42,624 bases of DNA from Escherichia phage vB_Eco_Maverick, in the sequence record NC_073077.1. One strand, written 5' to 3'. The notes beneath the pieces are model-generated. The model saw only the letters and a list, made by a program, of their open reading frames with translations, did not search any database and had not been told where the DNA came from. Positions 1 through 9,783 of the stretch are shown piece by piece (within the stretch, counting starts at the first letter, position 1; each line of letters starts with the position of its first letter). Made by a program: the position numbers and the translations under genes.

Positions 1-127
1 GGGGCGGGACAAAGCGGGACAGCACCCAGTCCCCGCCAGTGCTGCCGCGGTTTTCAGCCGATCGGGACAAGCGGGACAAAGCCCAGTCTTTCAGACTAGA
101 CGGGGGTCAACGGCCCCCCTCGTCTGA
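1..127. repeat. terminal exact repeat; bases 1-127 are identical to 42498-42624 (assembly overlap of a circular or terminally redundant genome)
   Basis: Direct comparison of the first and last 127 nt of the window shows identity; 127 nt is also a common assembler k-mer length. Confidence 0.85.
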
Positions 128-200
128 GACTGAATAAGGTTTGTTTGAAATTCGCTGATACAATGACAGTCGGCAACTGCATAAAAAAGGGGACTGCATA

Positions 201-2843
201 ATGGCAGATCAAGCAGCAGGCATCACGCTGAAGGCTGATGTTGCACAAATCAGAACGGCAAATACTGTGCTGGACTCCTTCGCACAGAAATCCGAGAACA
301 CAGAAAACAAGGTTAAGAAATTAAACGACACCCTCGGCAAATCAAAAAAGGTGACGAGTGACGCCGCGGGCGGAATGGAGAAGCTGGCGACTGAATCGCA
401 GCGCGCTGCCGATGGCATGACGAAACAGGAGCGACTTGCCAACAGGTTAGGCATGTCGACCAAAAACCTGGGCTTTGCCTCGCGTAACGCCGCATTCCAG
501 TTACAGGATATCGCAGTTACGCTTGAGATGGGGATGCCAGTACACCGCGTTATGCTTCAGCAGTTACCGCAGTTAACTGGGGCGTTCGGCGGACTGGGTA
601 ACACGCTGCGTTATGTTGCGGGATTCCTCGGCCCAGTAGGGATCGGCCTTGCCGCCGTAACGGCAACGTTAGGCGTGGGCGTGGCAATTACGTCCCGCGC
701 AGAGAACCAGGTCGCCGCGCTTAACAAGACGCTGGCGCTGTCAGGTAACATTTCCGGCCTCACTGCAAACCAGATCCTGGTGTTATCCGAGAACGCCGAG
801 CGCATGGGCGGATCATTCCGCAAGACGCGTGACACAATCCAGGCGCTGGCGGCGGCGGGTGTGAAAGCGGGTGGTGACTTCGGCGCATTGGCTAAGGTAG
901 TTAATGACTTTGCGAAGGTGTCCAGCCAGCCGATCGAGGATGTGGTGGCGGCGGTGGCGAAGCTGTCAACCGACCCCGTTGGCGGACTGCGTGCGCTGGC
1001 GGATAAGTATCACGTCGTAAACGAAGCGCAGATCCAGCAGGTGCAGTCACTAGTGACGGCTGGTCGCGAAACCGAAGCGGTGGCGCTGGCTAACAAAACA
1101 GCCGCAGCGTCGTTTACCACTATGACCAATGAGATCAAGTCCAACATGGGTACGCTTGAGCGGTCGATGAACGTCGTTACATCGGCAGCTAAATCTATGT
1201 GGGATGCCATCCTGGATGTCGGGCGCGCGCAGTCCTCGAATGAGTCAGAGATGAAAGCGCGTGAATCATTGCAGCGACTGACCACGGCTTACTATGCCGA
1301 GATGAAAGCGGTAAACGCTGCCGGTGGGGTGATGACCGAAGCGCAGAAAGCGCGTATTAACATGCTTTACAGCGAACTGGTAGCCCAGGAAAAAGTAGTG
1401 GCGTCGCTCACCCTGCGCAACCGTGCAGAGCGAGACAACGCAAGTGCCGCTGACGAAGCAGCAAAGGCGAACGAAGAGGCAAACCGCACCGCCCGCGACC
1501 GCGCCGCGTTTGAGAAGGAGTACGCAACCAACGCGAAGAGGCGCGCCGACGAGATCGCCCGCCTCAATTTGCTTAATAAGCGCGGCGTGATTGACGAGAA
1601 AGAGCTTGCCGAGGCGGTGAAGCAGGTCAACGAGCGGTACAAAGACCCCGCCCCGAAGAAGGCCGCCGCTGTTCGAGTCGATGCCGGGCTGAAAATGCTG
1701 GAAGTAGCACGGAGCGAACTGGCCCAGCTTCGAGAATCCGGCAAGCAGATCGAAGCCAACGCATCGACGCAGACCCGCACGCAACGCGCGCAGGCGGCCC
1801 TAAACAAGCTGATCGCGGATAATGAGCAGTTAATCGCAGCAAGCAAAGAAAGAGCACTAACGGCAGCAGAAAAGCAGCAGATGGTCGAATTCGGACGCGT
1901 GAAGGAAGTACGCGAGCAGATCGTCGAAGAAGCCAAATTGCTGGACGCGAAAGAGAAGCAGGTCAAGGCGCACGCGCAGATCGACGCCTTCGTTAAGAAC
2001 CAGAACGCCGAGCTAAAAGCCACCGCGGCGGGCTATGCGCTTTCCACTCGCGAAGCGGCTAACCTGCGCGAAGAATTACAGCTGATTGACCGCCTTAAGC
2101 GCGTTGGTGCTAACGATACCGATATTGACCTGGCGGTGTCTAAGCTGCGCGAAGTGCAGGAAGCACAGACCGGTGCTAACGCCTCGCTATGGGATGGCTT
2201 CAGCCGCGGGCTTAAGGATAGCGTGGATGAAATGGGTAACGGCTACACGCAGATGACGTCACTCACAAAATTCACGTTCGGCGCTATGCAGGACACGATG
2301 AACGAGTTTTTCGAGACTGGCAAGCTGAACGCAAAGGATATGGTTAAGTCCATCCTGAGCGAATTAATCAAGCTGGCTACCTCGCAGGCATTCAAGTCCA
2401 TCGTTAGCGCTTTCGGTGGCGACGGCGGCAAAAACGGATTGTTCGGCGCTATCTTCTCTGGCCTAACTAAGAATGCGGACGGAGGAGCGTACGCAGGGGG
2501 CAATCTCGCGGCCTATTCGGGGCAAGTGGTAAGCCAGCCCACCTTTTTCAGTTACGGCGTCCAGGCGTTCGCAAAGGGCGCGGGATTGATGGGGGAGGCC
2601 GGACCCGAGGCCATCATGCCACTGAAGCGCGGCCCGGACGGCAAACTGGGCGTTGCCGCTGCCGGTGTAGGCGGGGGGATGATTGTAACGACCAACGTTA
2701 ACATGGGGACCGGTAAGACGGATACCAGTGTTAGCGGACCAGACCCGCGCACCGCGCAGGCGTTCGGGAAGCAAATCACCGAGTCGGTCAAGGCCGAGAT
2801 CGTGAAGGCGACGAAACCGGGTGGTGTACTTTACAAACGATGA
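201..2843 (+). CDS. tail tape measure protein
   Basis: 880-aa ORF, Ala/Gln/Lys/Glu-rich with long predicted coiled coils and a Gly-rich C-terminus; lies between tail chaperone G/G-T and M/L/K/I/J-like genes; AAGGGGA Shine-Dalgarno before ATG 201. Confidence 0.8.
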   Translation: MADQAAGITLKADVAQIRTANTVLDSFAQKSENTENKVKKLNDTLGKSKKVTSDAAGGMEKLATESQRAADGMTKQERLANRLGMSTKNLGFASRNAAFQLQDIAVTLEMGMPVHRVMLQQLPQLTGAFGGLGNTLRYVAGFLGPVGIGLAAVTATLGVGVAITSRAENQVAALNKTLALSGNISGLTANQILVLSENAERMGGSFRKTRDTIQALAAAGVKAGGDFGALAKVVNDFAKVSSQPIEDVVAAVAKLSTDPVGGLRALADKYHVVNEAQIQQVQSLVTAGRETEAVALANKTAAASFTTMTNEIKSNMGTLERSMNVVTSAAKSMWDAILDVGRAQSSNESEMKARESLQRLTTAYYAEMKAVNAAGGVMTEAQKARINMLYSELVAQEKVVASLTLRNRAERDNASAADEAAKANEEANRTARDRAAFEKEYATNAKRRADEIARLNLLNKRGVIDEKELAEAVKQVNERYKDPAPKKAAAVRVDAGLKMLEVARSELAQLRESGKQIEANASTQTRTQRAQAALNKLIADNEQLIAASKERALTAAEKQQMVEFGRVKEVREQIVEEAKLLDAKEKQVKAHAQIDAFVKNQNAELKATAAGYALSTREAANLREELQLIDRLKRVGANDTDIDLAVSKLREVQEAQTGANASLWDGFSRGLKDSVDEMGNGYTQMTSLTKFTFGAMQDTMNEFFETGKLNAKDMVKSILSELIKLATSQAFKSIVSAFGGDGGKNGLFGAIFSGLTKNADGGAYAGGNLAAYSGQVVSQPTFFSYGVQAFAKGAGLMGEAGPEAIMPLKRGPDGKLGVAAAGVGGGMIVTTNVNMGTGKTDTSVSGPDPRTAQAFGKQITESVKAEIVKATKPGGVLYKR

Positions 2844-2850
2844 TAAAATG

Positions 2851-2878
2851 GCCCTCACTACAACGTGGGGGCTTTTTT
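2851..2878 (+). terminator. hairpin plus T6 directly after the tape-measure stop (possible attenuator)
   Basis: gccctcac-tacaac-gtgggggc stem-loop (7 of 8 pairs) followed by tttttt, ending 1 nt before ATG 2879. Confidence 0.35.
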
Positions 2879-3478
2879 ATGTCACAAGGTACAATCACAC
2901 TAACGAAAGGAAGTAAGACCGTCACGGGCGCGGGGACGGCGTTCCTGAGCGAGATTGGGAAGGTCCGCGTATTTGCCCGCATCGACGGCAACGACTACAC
3001 CGGCAAAATTGCAGCATTCAACTCTAACACCGTCATCACCCTGGCGGATAACTGGGCAGGTCCGACAAAAGCCGGTGTGGCTTATGAGCTAATCGAAGCG
3101 CACGACCCGCGGTCAAACGAATGGCCATATTACTGGCACATGCAATTGCAAGGCGGCGGGGACGTGCAGTTAGCTTTCCGGTCCGAGGAATTGCAATTTG
3201 GTAACGGTTACGGTCAGAACATCGCGGACGGCCCGAACGCCGAAACGAAACAGTTCCCCGTGCAATTCATCGGACTTACTACTGACAAGTGGTGCGACCC
3301 TAAACTGGTTTACAACTTTCTTCGCGGTCACTTCGTCAAGCCGTTTGTTGTCACCGCGCCGGATGGCGAAACAGGTTTATTCGTGGTCGAGCGTTCGAGC
3401 TTGTCGTACACTGACAACGGGCACTACACGGCAACTGTGTCCGCCACCCTTAAGACAGCTATTGGATTCGTAAGATGA
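2879..3478 (+). CDS. minor tail protein in the lambda gpM (distal tail) position
   Basis: ORF directly after the tape measure in the tail operon; ATG 2879 follows the hairpin/T-run, alternative overlapping ATG at 2840; N-terminal ~70 aa (GTITLTKGSKTVTGAGTAF) is paralogous to ORF 9784-10272. Confidence 0.55.
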   Translation: MSQGTITLTKGSKTVTGAGTAFLSEIGKVRVFARIDGNDYTGKIAAFNSNTVITLADNWAGPTKAGVAYELIEAHDPRSNEWPYYWHMQLQGGGDVQLAFRSEELQFGNGYGQNIADGPNAETKQFPVQFIGLTTDKWCDPKLVYNFLRGHFVKPFVVTAPDGETGLFVVERSSLSYTDNGHYTATVSATLKTAIGFVR

Positions 3479-4263
3479 ATAAACTCTATCGTGAAGCGAC
3501 GCGCTTTGACCCATCGGGCCGCGTTCGCCTGATTCACATTGACGCGCAGGACGTGGAACCCGGCGACGGCGCGATCGGCGCGGGGCACCACTATTTTCAC
3601 TACTGCTTTATTCCGCACACTGCCGAGGATATTGCTGCCGCTGGGGGTGACGAGGATAAGCTAAAACCTAAATCAATCTTCTTCGGCGGGCAGGAGTTCG
3701 AATTTTGGCCCTTTGATTTGTCCGGCCTCAACTTCTCCACGACAACGGCAGCGGAACCGCAGCTGACCATTGTCGATATCGGCGGCATAATCACCCGGCT
3801 GTCGCTGAATCACGACCAGCTACTGGGCGCGAAGGTTGAGATCATTGATACGTTCGCGAAGTTCCTGGACAACGGGACAGATCCAGACCCGACGCAGAAA
3901 CGAGTTCAGGAGTATTACATCGACTCGCAGGTCGGGCGCAATCCGGGCAAGCAAATCACCTTCGCACTATCCTCACCCGCGGATATGGAAGGGCAGGTCG
4001 TCCCGCGTCGCCAAATCATGAACATGTGCGAATGGGCGTTAAATGGGAAGTACGCCAGCGGGGACGGTTGCACGTGGAACCTTGCGAAGCCAGGCATCAA
4101 ATACTACGACGAGCGCGGAAACGAAGTCATCTCTATGAATATGGACCGCTGCGGCGGATGCTTGTCTGACTGCTACCTTCGTTTCGGTCAAGGTCTTGCG
4201 GATCCGAAAGCTGCGGTGCTGGACTTCGGCGGTTTTCCAGGGTCCAAATTGATTAAGGGGTAG
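3475..4263 (+). CDS. minor tail protein L-like
   Basis: 262 aa; C-terminal cysteine cluster (C-x..-CGGCLSDC) like the Fe-S region of lambda gpL; gene order M-L-K-I-J; start overlaps previous stop (ATGA). Confidence 0.7.
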   Translation: MNKLYREATRFDPSGRVRLIHIDAQDVEPGDGAIGAGHHYFHYCFIPHTAEDIAAAGGDEDKLKPKSIFFGGQEFEFWPFDLSGLNFSTTTAAEPQLTIVDIGGIITRLSLNHDQLLGAKVEIIDTFAKFLDNGTDPDPTQKRVQEYYIDSQVGRNPGKQITFALSSPADMEGQVVPRRQIMNMCEWALNGKYASGDGCTWNLAKPGIKYYDERGNEVISMNMDRCGGCLSDCYLRFGQGLADPKAAVLDFGGFPGSKLIKG

Positions 4264-4265
4264 TC

Positions 4266-5006
4266 ATGTTGACTAAAAAGGTTAAAAGCGATATCGCCGC
4301 ACATGTCGCGGCATGTCTGCCGGAAGAAGCCTGCGGCCTTGTCGTCATGGTGGGCCGTAAGCAAGTATTCGTCCCGTGCCTTAACGTGTTTGAAGACCCG
4401 ACCGGCGTGCGCTCACGCAAAGACGCTTTCACGATTAGCGATATGGCCTGGATGGATGCCGAGGATATGGGCGACGTCGTGCGAGTAGTCCACTCGCATC
4501 CAGGCCAGCGAGAGCTTACACCCTCACTTGGCGACGTTAACGGATGCAACGGCAGCGGCGTAGTCTGGACCATCACTAACGAATATGGCGACTTTATCGA
4601 GATCGACCCTGAAGACCCGCCGCTGGTAGGCCGCCGATTTGTTCTCGGAATTACAGATTGTTATGGCCTCGTCATGGACTGGCACAAAAAGCAGGGTGTA
4701 AACCTGCCAGACTTCCGCGTGCCGTATAACTGGTGGGAGACAGGCGAAAATCTGTATATGGATAATTGGTACGGTGCTGGCTTCAGGGAATGCGAGGAGA
4801 ATACGCCGGGGGCAATGGTCATCATGCAGATTAGCGCGCCTGTGCCTAACCACGCTGGGATATTCCTTCCGGGCAACCAACTACTACACCATATCTACGG
4901 CAGCCTGTCGAGCGTGATTCCCTTCCGGGCAGGATTTTTCCGCGACAATGTGGTTAAATGGGTACGTCATAAAGACCTACCAGGGAATATCACAGAATGG
5001 CAATGA
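4266..5006 (+). CDS. tail assembly protein K-like (JAB/MPN plus NlpC/P60 domains)
   Basis: JAMM-like motif VHSHPGQRELTPSLGD (H-x-H-x7-S-x2-D) followed by a Cys/His-containing C-terminal half; position after the L-like gene. Confidence 0.75.
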   Translation: MLTKKVKSDIAAHVAACLPEEACGLVVMVGRKQVFVPCLNVFEDPTGVRSRKDAFTISDMAWMDAEDMGDVVRVVHSHPGQRELTPSLGDVNGCNGSGVVWTITNEYGDFIEIDPEDPPLVGRRFVLGITDCYGLVMDWHKKQGVNLPDFRVPYNWWETGENLYMDNWYGAGFRECEENTPGAMVIMQISAPVPNHAGIFLPGNQLLHHIYGSLSSVIPFRAGFFRDNVVKWVRHKDLPGNITEWQ

Positions 5007-5614
5007 CCACGTTTAAATTGTACGGCGTCTTAGGGCGTCGTTTTGGTAAAGTGCATAAGCTGGACTGCTTCACACCGGGAGAAGGCATCACCGGCCTGTG
5101 TGTGAAGTTGCCAGGGTTACAAGACTTTTTAATGTCGGCCCACCTGGACAATATGATGTTCAAGGTGCGCAAAGGCAACCACACGATGACCGGTTATGAT
5201 GAGCTTGGCGAGTTCCACGGCGACCGCGTCGTTACCATCGCGCCGGTTATGACGGGGGCAAAAAGCGGACTGGGCCAATTGCTGGCGGGTGTCGCGATTG
5301 TAGTGGCGTCGTTCTATACTGGCGGACTTGCTACTGCCGCTTTCGGGGCTTCGGCTGCAACCGCTGCCGCTATCGGTACGGCTACATTTTCGTTTGGCAT
5401 GTCGCTTGCGCTGGGCGGTGCTATGCAATTGCTGTCGCCGCAGCCGAAAGGATTGCAGACCCGGCAGGACGTGGATAACAAAGCGTCGTACGCGTTCGGC
5501 GGGCCAGTGAATACAACAGCGCAAGGCACGGCGCTTGGTGTATTATGGGGCGAGCGTGAGATCGGCGGCGCTATTATTTCAGCCGGAATCGTAACCGAGG
5601 ACTTGAACGAATGA
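4997..5614 (+). CDS. tail assembly protein I-like
   Basis: 205 aa; C-terminal half is Gly/Ala-rich and hydrophobic (GLATAAFGASAATAAAIGTATFSFG); located between the K-like and J-like genes. Confidence 0.6.
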   Translation: MAMTTFKLYGVLGRRFGKVHKLDCFTPGEGITGLCVKLPGLQDFLMSAHLDNMMFKVRKGNHTMTGYDELGEFHGDRVVTIAPVMTGAKSGLGQLLAGVAIVVASFYTGGLATAAFGASAATAAAIGTATFSFGMSLALGGAMQLLSPQPKGLQTRQDVDNKASYAFGGPVNTTAQGTALGVLWGEREIGGAIISAGIVTEDLNE

Positions 5615-8600
5615 CGATTATCTACGACGTCACTGGGCATAAAGGCGGCGGCGGCAAACAGCACACCCCGCAGGAAACGCCGGATAGCCTGCATTCCCTG
5701 GCTAAAATTCGCATCTTGCTTGCGCTAGGGGAAGGGGAATTCGAAAGTATTACCAGCGACAGCGAATTACGGCAGCGTGTATATCTGGACGGCACGCCGA
5801 TCCAGAACGCCGACCTGTCGGAAAACTTCCCCGGCGCGCGCGTGGAGTTCCGCCCAGGCACACAGCACCAGGACGTGATCCACGGATTTTCAGCGGTGGA
5901 AAGTGAGCAATCCGTAGGCGTAAAACTGGAAAACGGCACGCCGTGGGTGCGCCAGATTAACGACACCAGTCTTGACGCCGTGCGCATTCGAATCGGCATT
6001 CCGGCCCTGTACACCAACGAAGACAACGGCGACCTGGTGGGCGGGCGCATCGACTATAAGATAGTTGTGTATACGGATAACGCCGACCCGCGTGAGTTCA
6101 GATTCGCCGCCGTTGGTAAAACAATGTCGCTATATGAGCGCGACCACCGCATCGAATTACCTCCGAACGTTAACACCGGCTGGCGCGTGGAGGTGCACCG
6201 CATAACGGCAGACTCCACATCGGCGAAAGTGGTTAATGATATCCGGGTGCAGTCCATCACTGAGATTATTGACGCCCGCCTGCGTTACCCGCTAACCGCG
6301 CTGTTGTTTGTGGAGTTCGACGCCAAAGCGTTCCAGAACATCCCGCGCGTGTCCATTAAGTGCAAAGGTCGCAAAGTTCTAATACCGAACAACTACGACC
6401 CGATCAATCATACCTATTCCGGGGACTGGGACGGCACGTTTAAACGCGCATGGACGGATAACCCTGCGTGGCACTGGTACGATATTTGTATTACTGAGCG
6501 CTTCGGCCTCGGTCGGCGTATCAAACCGCAAATGCTAAACCGATACGCGCTCTACCAGATTGCGCAGCGCTGCGATCAGTTGGTCAGCGACGGCAACGGT
6601 GGTCGAGAAATCCGCTTTAAGAATGATATGTACATTCAGTCACAGACGGATGCCTGGACCGTGCTTAAGGATTTAGCCGCTATCTTTGCCGGTATGACCT
6701 GGTGGGGAAATCAGATGTTGAATATCGTCAGTGACCAGCCGGTCGCAGCGGTATCGCACACCATCACCAACGCCTCGGTCATTGATGGTCGATTCGACTA
6801 CGCGTCCGGCAGCCAGAAAACTCGATATTCCACATTCGCGGTAGCATACGGCAACCCGAAGAACCACTATGAAGATGCCATTGCTACGGGGCAGCGTGTC
6901 GAACTGGTACGCCGCCATAAGATTAACCGTCTGGACATCACGGCGATCGGCTGTACGCGTGAATCTGAAGCGCAACGCCGCGGGCACTGGGCGCTAATCT
7001 CCAACCAGCTTGACCAGCAAGTTAGCTTTAAGGTTGGCATGGAGGGACTTTTCTTTATTCCGGGTAGCGTAGTCGCGATCGCGGATACAAACATTTCTGG
7101 CGGCTTCGAGACTCGCGGCGGTCGCCTGTTGTCGGATCCTGGCACGCGGACGGTGCTGAACACAGACAGCGAAATCACGTTCCGCCCTGGCGATAAATTC
7201 CTGGTACGCACCGATAGCGGTAATGTGGAGACTCGCGAGATCGCCAGCGTCAACGGCAACAAGGTTACGCTAAAAACCGCACTGGATGCCGACCCGATTC
7301 CGGACCAGCCGTTTTGCGTCGATGGCAACGATATCCAGTTGCAGAAGTTCCGCATCACCGACCTGGAATATGACGACTCTACCAGCACTTTTTCAGTGCG
7401 CGGGATTGAGTACAACGATAGTAAATATGATGCCGTTGATAATGGCGCTCGCCTTGATCCGGGCATCTTTACTCAAGTGCCTGACGGCGTAATGAAGGGG
7501 CCGGAGTCCGTGACCATCACCCCGTCGCAGATTTCATCGCAAGGCCAGCTAATCACCAACGTGGATATTGTATTCCCTCCGGTGAAGGACGCCGTGGTGT
7601 ATGAAATCCAGTGGCGGCGTACCAGCTTGCAGAATATGGAAATCCAGTGGGGTAACGACTGGGTTAACATCCCACGTACGGCGTCGAACGGCGCGCACAT
7701 CCCTAACGTGTTCTCAGGTAACTACCAAGCACGCGTCCGCGCAATCGGTATGGGCGAGATTTCATCCCCGTGGGTGTCGTCTGCCATCACGCCGATAGAA
7801 GGTCGTCTCGGCGGGCTTAACGCGCCTATCATCACCAACGCGATTTCTGGCCTCCACCAAATTTTGTGGAAGTGGAACCACAACAACGCCGCGACGGATA
7901 TTTCGTACACCGAGCTTGAAGTGCGCAAGACCGGTGAAACGGAATGGAAATTTCTTACCAACGTCCCATACCCAGGGTCAGATTATGCGCAAACGTCTCT
8001 GGAGTTCGGGATCTATCAGCAGTTGCGCGCCCGTGTAGCGGATAAAATCGGCAACCTATCGGACTGGTCCGCACCGTTTGAAGGCCAGGTGAGTGACAAA
8101 GTTGACGAGTACATGAAGGGGCTTGATGACGAGTTCTTGACTTCCGAGGATGGTAAACACTTCCAGGAAGCTATTAACACGATCCCGCAAGGCATTTATG
8201 AGTCAATGCTCACCGACGCCCAGCAGCTATTCAACGCCCGCGCCGAGTACAAAGGGATTTATGCGGAAATCAAGGTGGCGTATAACGTGGCGGCAGACGC
8301 CAACAAGGCGGTAGCACAACTGGAGACGTTGATCGGCACGCGACTTGAAGACGCCGAAGCGGCGATCCACACGTTGCAGACGGCGCAGAGTACGCAAGAG
8401 CAGGCCTTCGCCCAGTATCAGCAGACTGTTGCCGCTAAGTTTTCGGAACAGGAAGCCGCCATACAGCAGGTACAAACGGCAACTGCAGACGTCGCGGGCG
8501 CACTGGCGGAGTATAAGACCCAGGTCGCGGCACAGTTCGGTCAGCAGTCCGCCGCTATCGAGCAGAAGATGACGTCTTCGTTTAACCACTCCGGTGGTAG

Positions 8601-9429
8601 CGCCACGTACAGCCTTAAGGCGGGCGTGACGTACAACGGGACTTACTACGATGCAGGTATGCAGCTTTCCGTTGTGACGTCGGGCAGCGCTGTTAAATCA
8701 CGCATCGCGTTCAAGGCGGACCAGTTCTACATCATGCACCCGTCTAATGGGTCGCTTTCGTCTGCGTTTATCGTGGATGGCGGGCAGGTGTATATCAACA
8801 CGGCGCGCATTAAAGACGCATCTATCAACTTTGCGCAGATCACGGACACGCTGCAATCCAACAACTGGATTGCAGGGAGCAGGGGTTGGCGTATCGCGAA
8901 AGATGGAGGCGCGGAGTTTAACGCAGTAACGGTACGCGGCAACGTGTATGCGAATGATGGCGTGTTTAATGGTACGGTTTATGCAAGGGATGGGGTATTT
9001 ACCGGAACGGTCGAAGCTACCAGCTTTGTCGGTGACGTTGCAAATATGTGTGTTATTGGTGCGAAAGCAATACCTAACACAGGCAGGAATGGATCGAGGT
9101 CGTGGTCAGTGACTTTCAACGACTCGTCCAGGTCATCAAAACTAAAAGACTTTGTGTTGTTGTTAAGTTACTCACTGGTTGGGTACACCGCAAGCCAGTC
9201 AAGCCGCATTGCTGTTACCGCCAATATTGGTGGGAAAGTAGTCTCAAGGACTATTGAGCGGGCGGCAAGCGGAAACGCAATCCATACGATGATTCCTTTA
9301 GCTGCGAAAGGTGTAACGGCGGGAAGTGTAACAATTACAGTGACGGAAGAGTATACAAACGTCTACGGCAGCACATTGCATCCATCGGTAATATTAATGA
9401 CTCGCGGCACTGGTAGCTGGTCGCAATAA
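5611..9429 (+). CDS. host specificity protein J-like (central tail fibre / tail tip)
   Basis: 1272-aa ORF as last large gene of the tail operon; coiled-coil stretch and beta-rich C-terminal third typical of J-type receptor-binding proteins; translationally coupled to the I-like gene. Confidence 0.85.
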   Translation: MTIIYDVTGHKGGGGKQHTPQETPDSLHSLAKIRILLALGEGEFESITSDSELRQRVYLDGTPIQNADLSENFPGARVEFRPGTQHQDVIHGFSAVESEQSVGVKLENGTPWVRQINDTSLDAVRIRIGIPALYTNEDNGDLVGGRIDYKIVVYTDNADPREFRFAAVGKTMSLYERDHRIELPPNVNTGWRVEVHRITADSTSAKVVNDIRVQSITEIIDARLRYPLTALLFVEFDAKAFQNIPRVSIKCKGRKVLIPNNYDPINHTYSGDWDGTFKRAWTDNPAWHWYDICITERFGLGRRIKPQMLNRYALYQIAQRCDQLVSDGNGGREIRFKNDMYIQSQTDAWTVLKDLAAIFAGMTWWGNQMLNIVSDQPVAAVSHTITNASVIDGRFDYASGSQKTRYSTFAVAYGNPKNHYEDAIATGQRVELVRRHKINRLDITAIGCTRESEAQRRGHWALISNQLDQQVSFKVGMEGLFFIPGSVVAIADTNISGGFETRGGRLLSDPGTRTVLNTDSEITFRPGDKFLVRTDSGNVETREIASVNGNKVTLKTALDADPIPDQPFCVDGNDIQLQKFRITDLEYDDSTSTFSVRGIEYNDSKYDAVDNGARLDPGIFTQVPDGVMKGPESVTITPSQISSQGQLITNVDIVFPPVKDAVVYEIQWRRTSLQNMEIQWGNDWVNIPRTASNGAHIPNVFSGNYQARVRAIGMGEISSPWVSSAITPIEGRLGGLNAPIITNAISGLHQILWKWNHNNAATDISYTELEVRKTGETEWKFLTNVPYPGSDYAQTSLEFGIYQQLRARVADKIGNLSDWSAPFEGQVSDKVDEYMKGLDDEFLTSEDGKHFQEAINTIPQGIYESMLTDAQQLFNARAEYKGIYAEIKVAYNVAADANKAVAQLETLIGTRLEDAEAAIHTLQTAQSTQEQAFAQYQQTVAAKFSEQEAAIQQVQTATADVAGALAEYKTQVAAQFGQQSAAIEQKMTSSFNHSGGSATYSLKAGVTYNGTYYDAGMQLSVVTSGSAVKSRIAFKADQFYIMHPSNGSLSSAFIVDGGQVYINTARIKDASINFAQITDTLQSNNWIAGSRGWRIAKDGGAEFNAVTVRGNVYANDGVFNGTVYARDGVFTGTVEATSFVGDVANMCVIGAKAIPNTGRNGSRSWSVTFNDSSRSSKLKDFVLLLSYSLVGYTASQSSRIAVTANIGGKVVSRTIERAASGNAIHTMIPLAAKGVTAGSVTITVTEEYTNVYGSTLHPSVILMTRGTGSWSQ

Positions 9430-9435
9430 GCAAAT

Positions 9436-9462
9436 AGCCCCTCGCTGGAGGGGCTATCTTTT
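9436..9462 (+). terminator. rho-independent terminator after the J-like gene
   Basis: agcccctc-gctg-gaggggct perfect 8-bp stem followed by atctttt. Confidence 0.75.
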
Positions 9463-9703
9463 AATAATCAATGACGCAGTTTGATGGGGAGCCAATCCTG
9501 CGGTGTTCGTGGCTAATCTCCTGACACCACTGACCGGTATAGGGTAGCTTTTCGGTATCGTAAACCAAAGACCCGTCTTCATGTCGCTCAATAGGCTTAG
9601 GTATTACGCCGGAATTCGGAACGCCGGTGTCTAAGCCGTTGCCACATGCTGCCATTAGAAGGCACGCCGCTGGTATTATCAGATTTTTGATTAAAGTTTT
9701 CAT
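9461..9703 (-). CDS. small lipoprotein, Cor/Llp-like superinfection-exclusion candidate
   Basis: 80-aa product MKTLIKNLIIPAACLLMAACGNG with signal peptide and lipobox LMAAC; GGAG Shine-Dalgarno 8 nt upstream of the ATG at 9703; sits head-to-head next to the receptor-binding J gene. Confidence 0.6.
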   Translation of the reverse strand: MKTLIKNLIIPAACLLMAACGNGLDTGVPNSGVIPKPIERHEDGSLVYDTEKLPYTGQWCQEISHEHRRIGSPSNCVIDY

Positions 9704-9783
9704 GGTATCATCTCCGGTATTGGGTTGAGTTTTAGTATTACACCGCTCAATCAAGAATGCAACCAATTTATGAGGATTCAGCT

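Noticed and set aside
1367-2023. 218-aa minus-strand ORF (and other antisense ORFs at 209-2858) inside the tape-measure gene
   Set aside because: Fully antisense to a well-supported 880-aa gene; Ser/Ala/Arg-rich low-complexity translation typical of the opposite strand of an Ala-rich coding sequence
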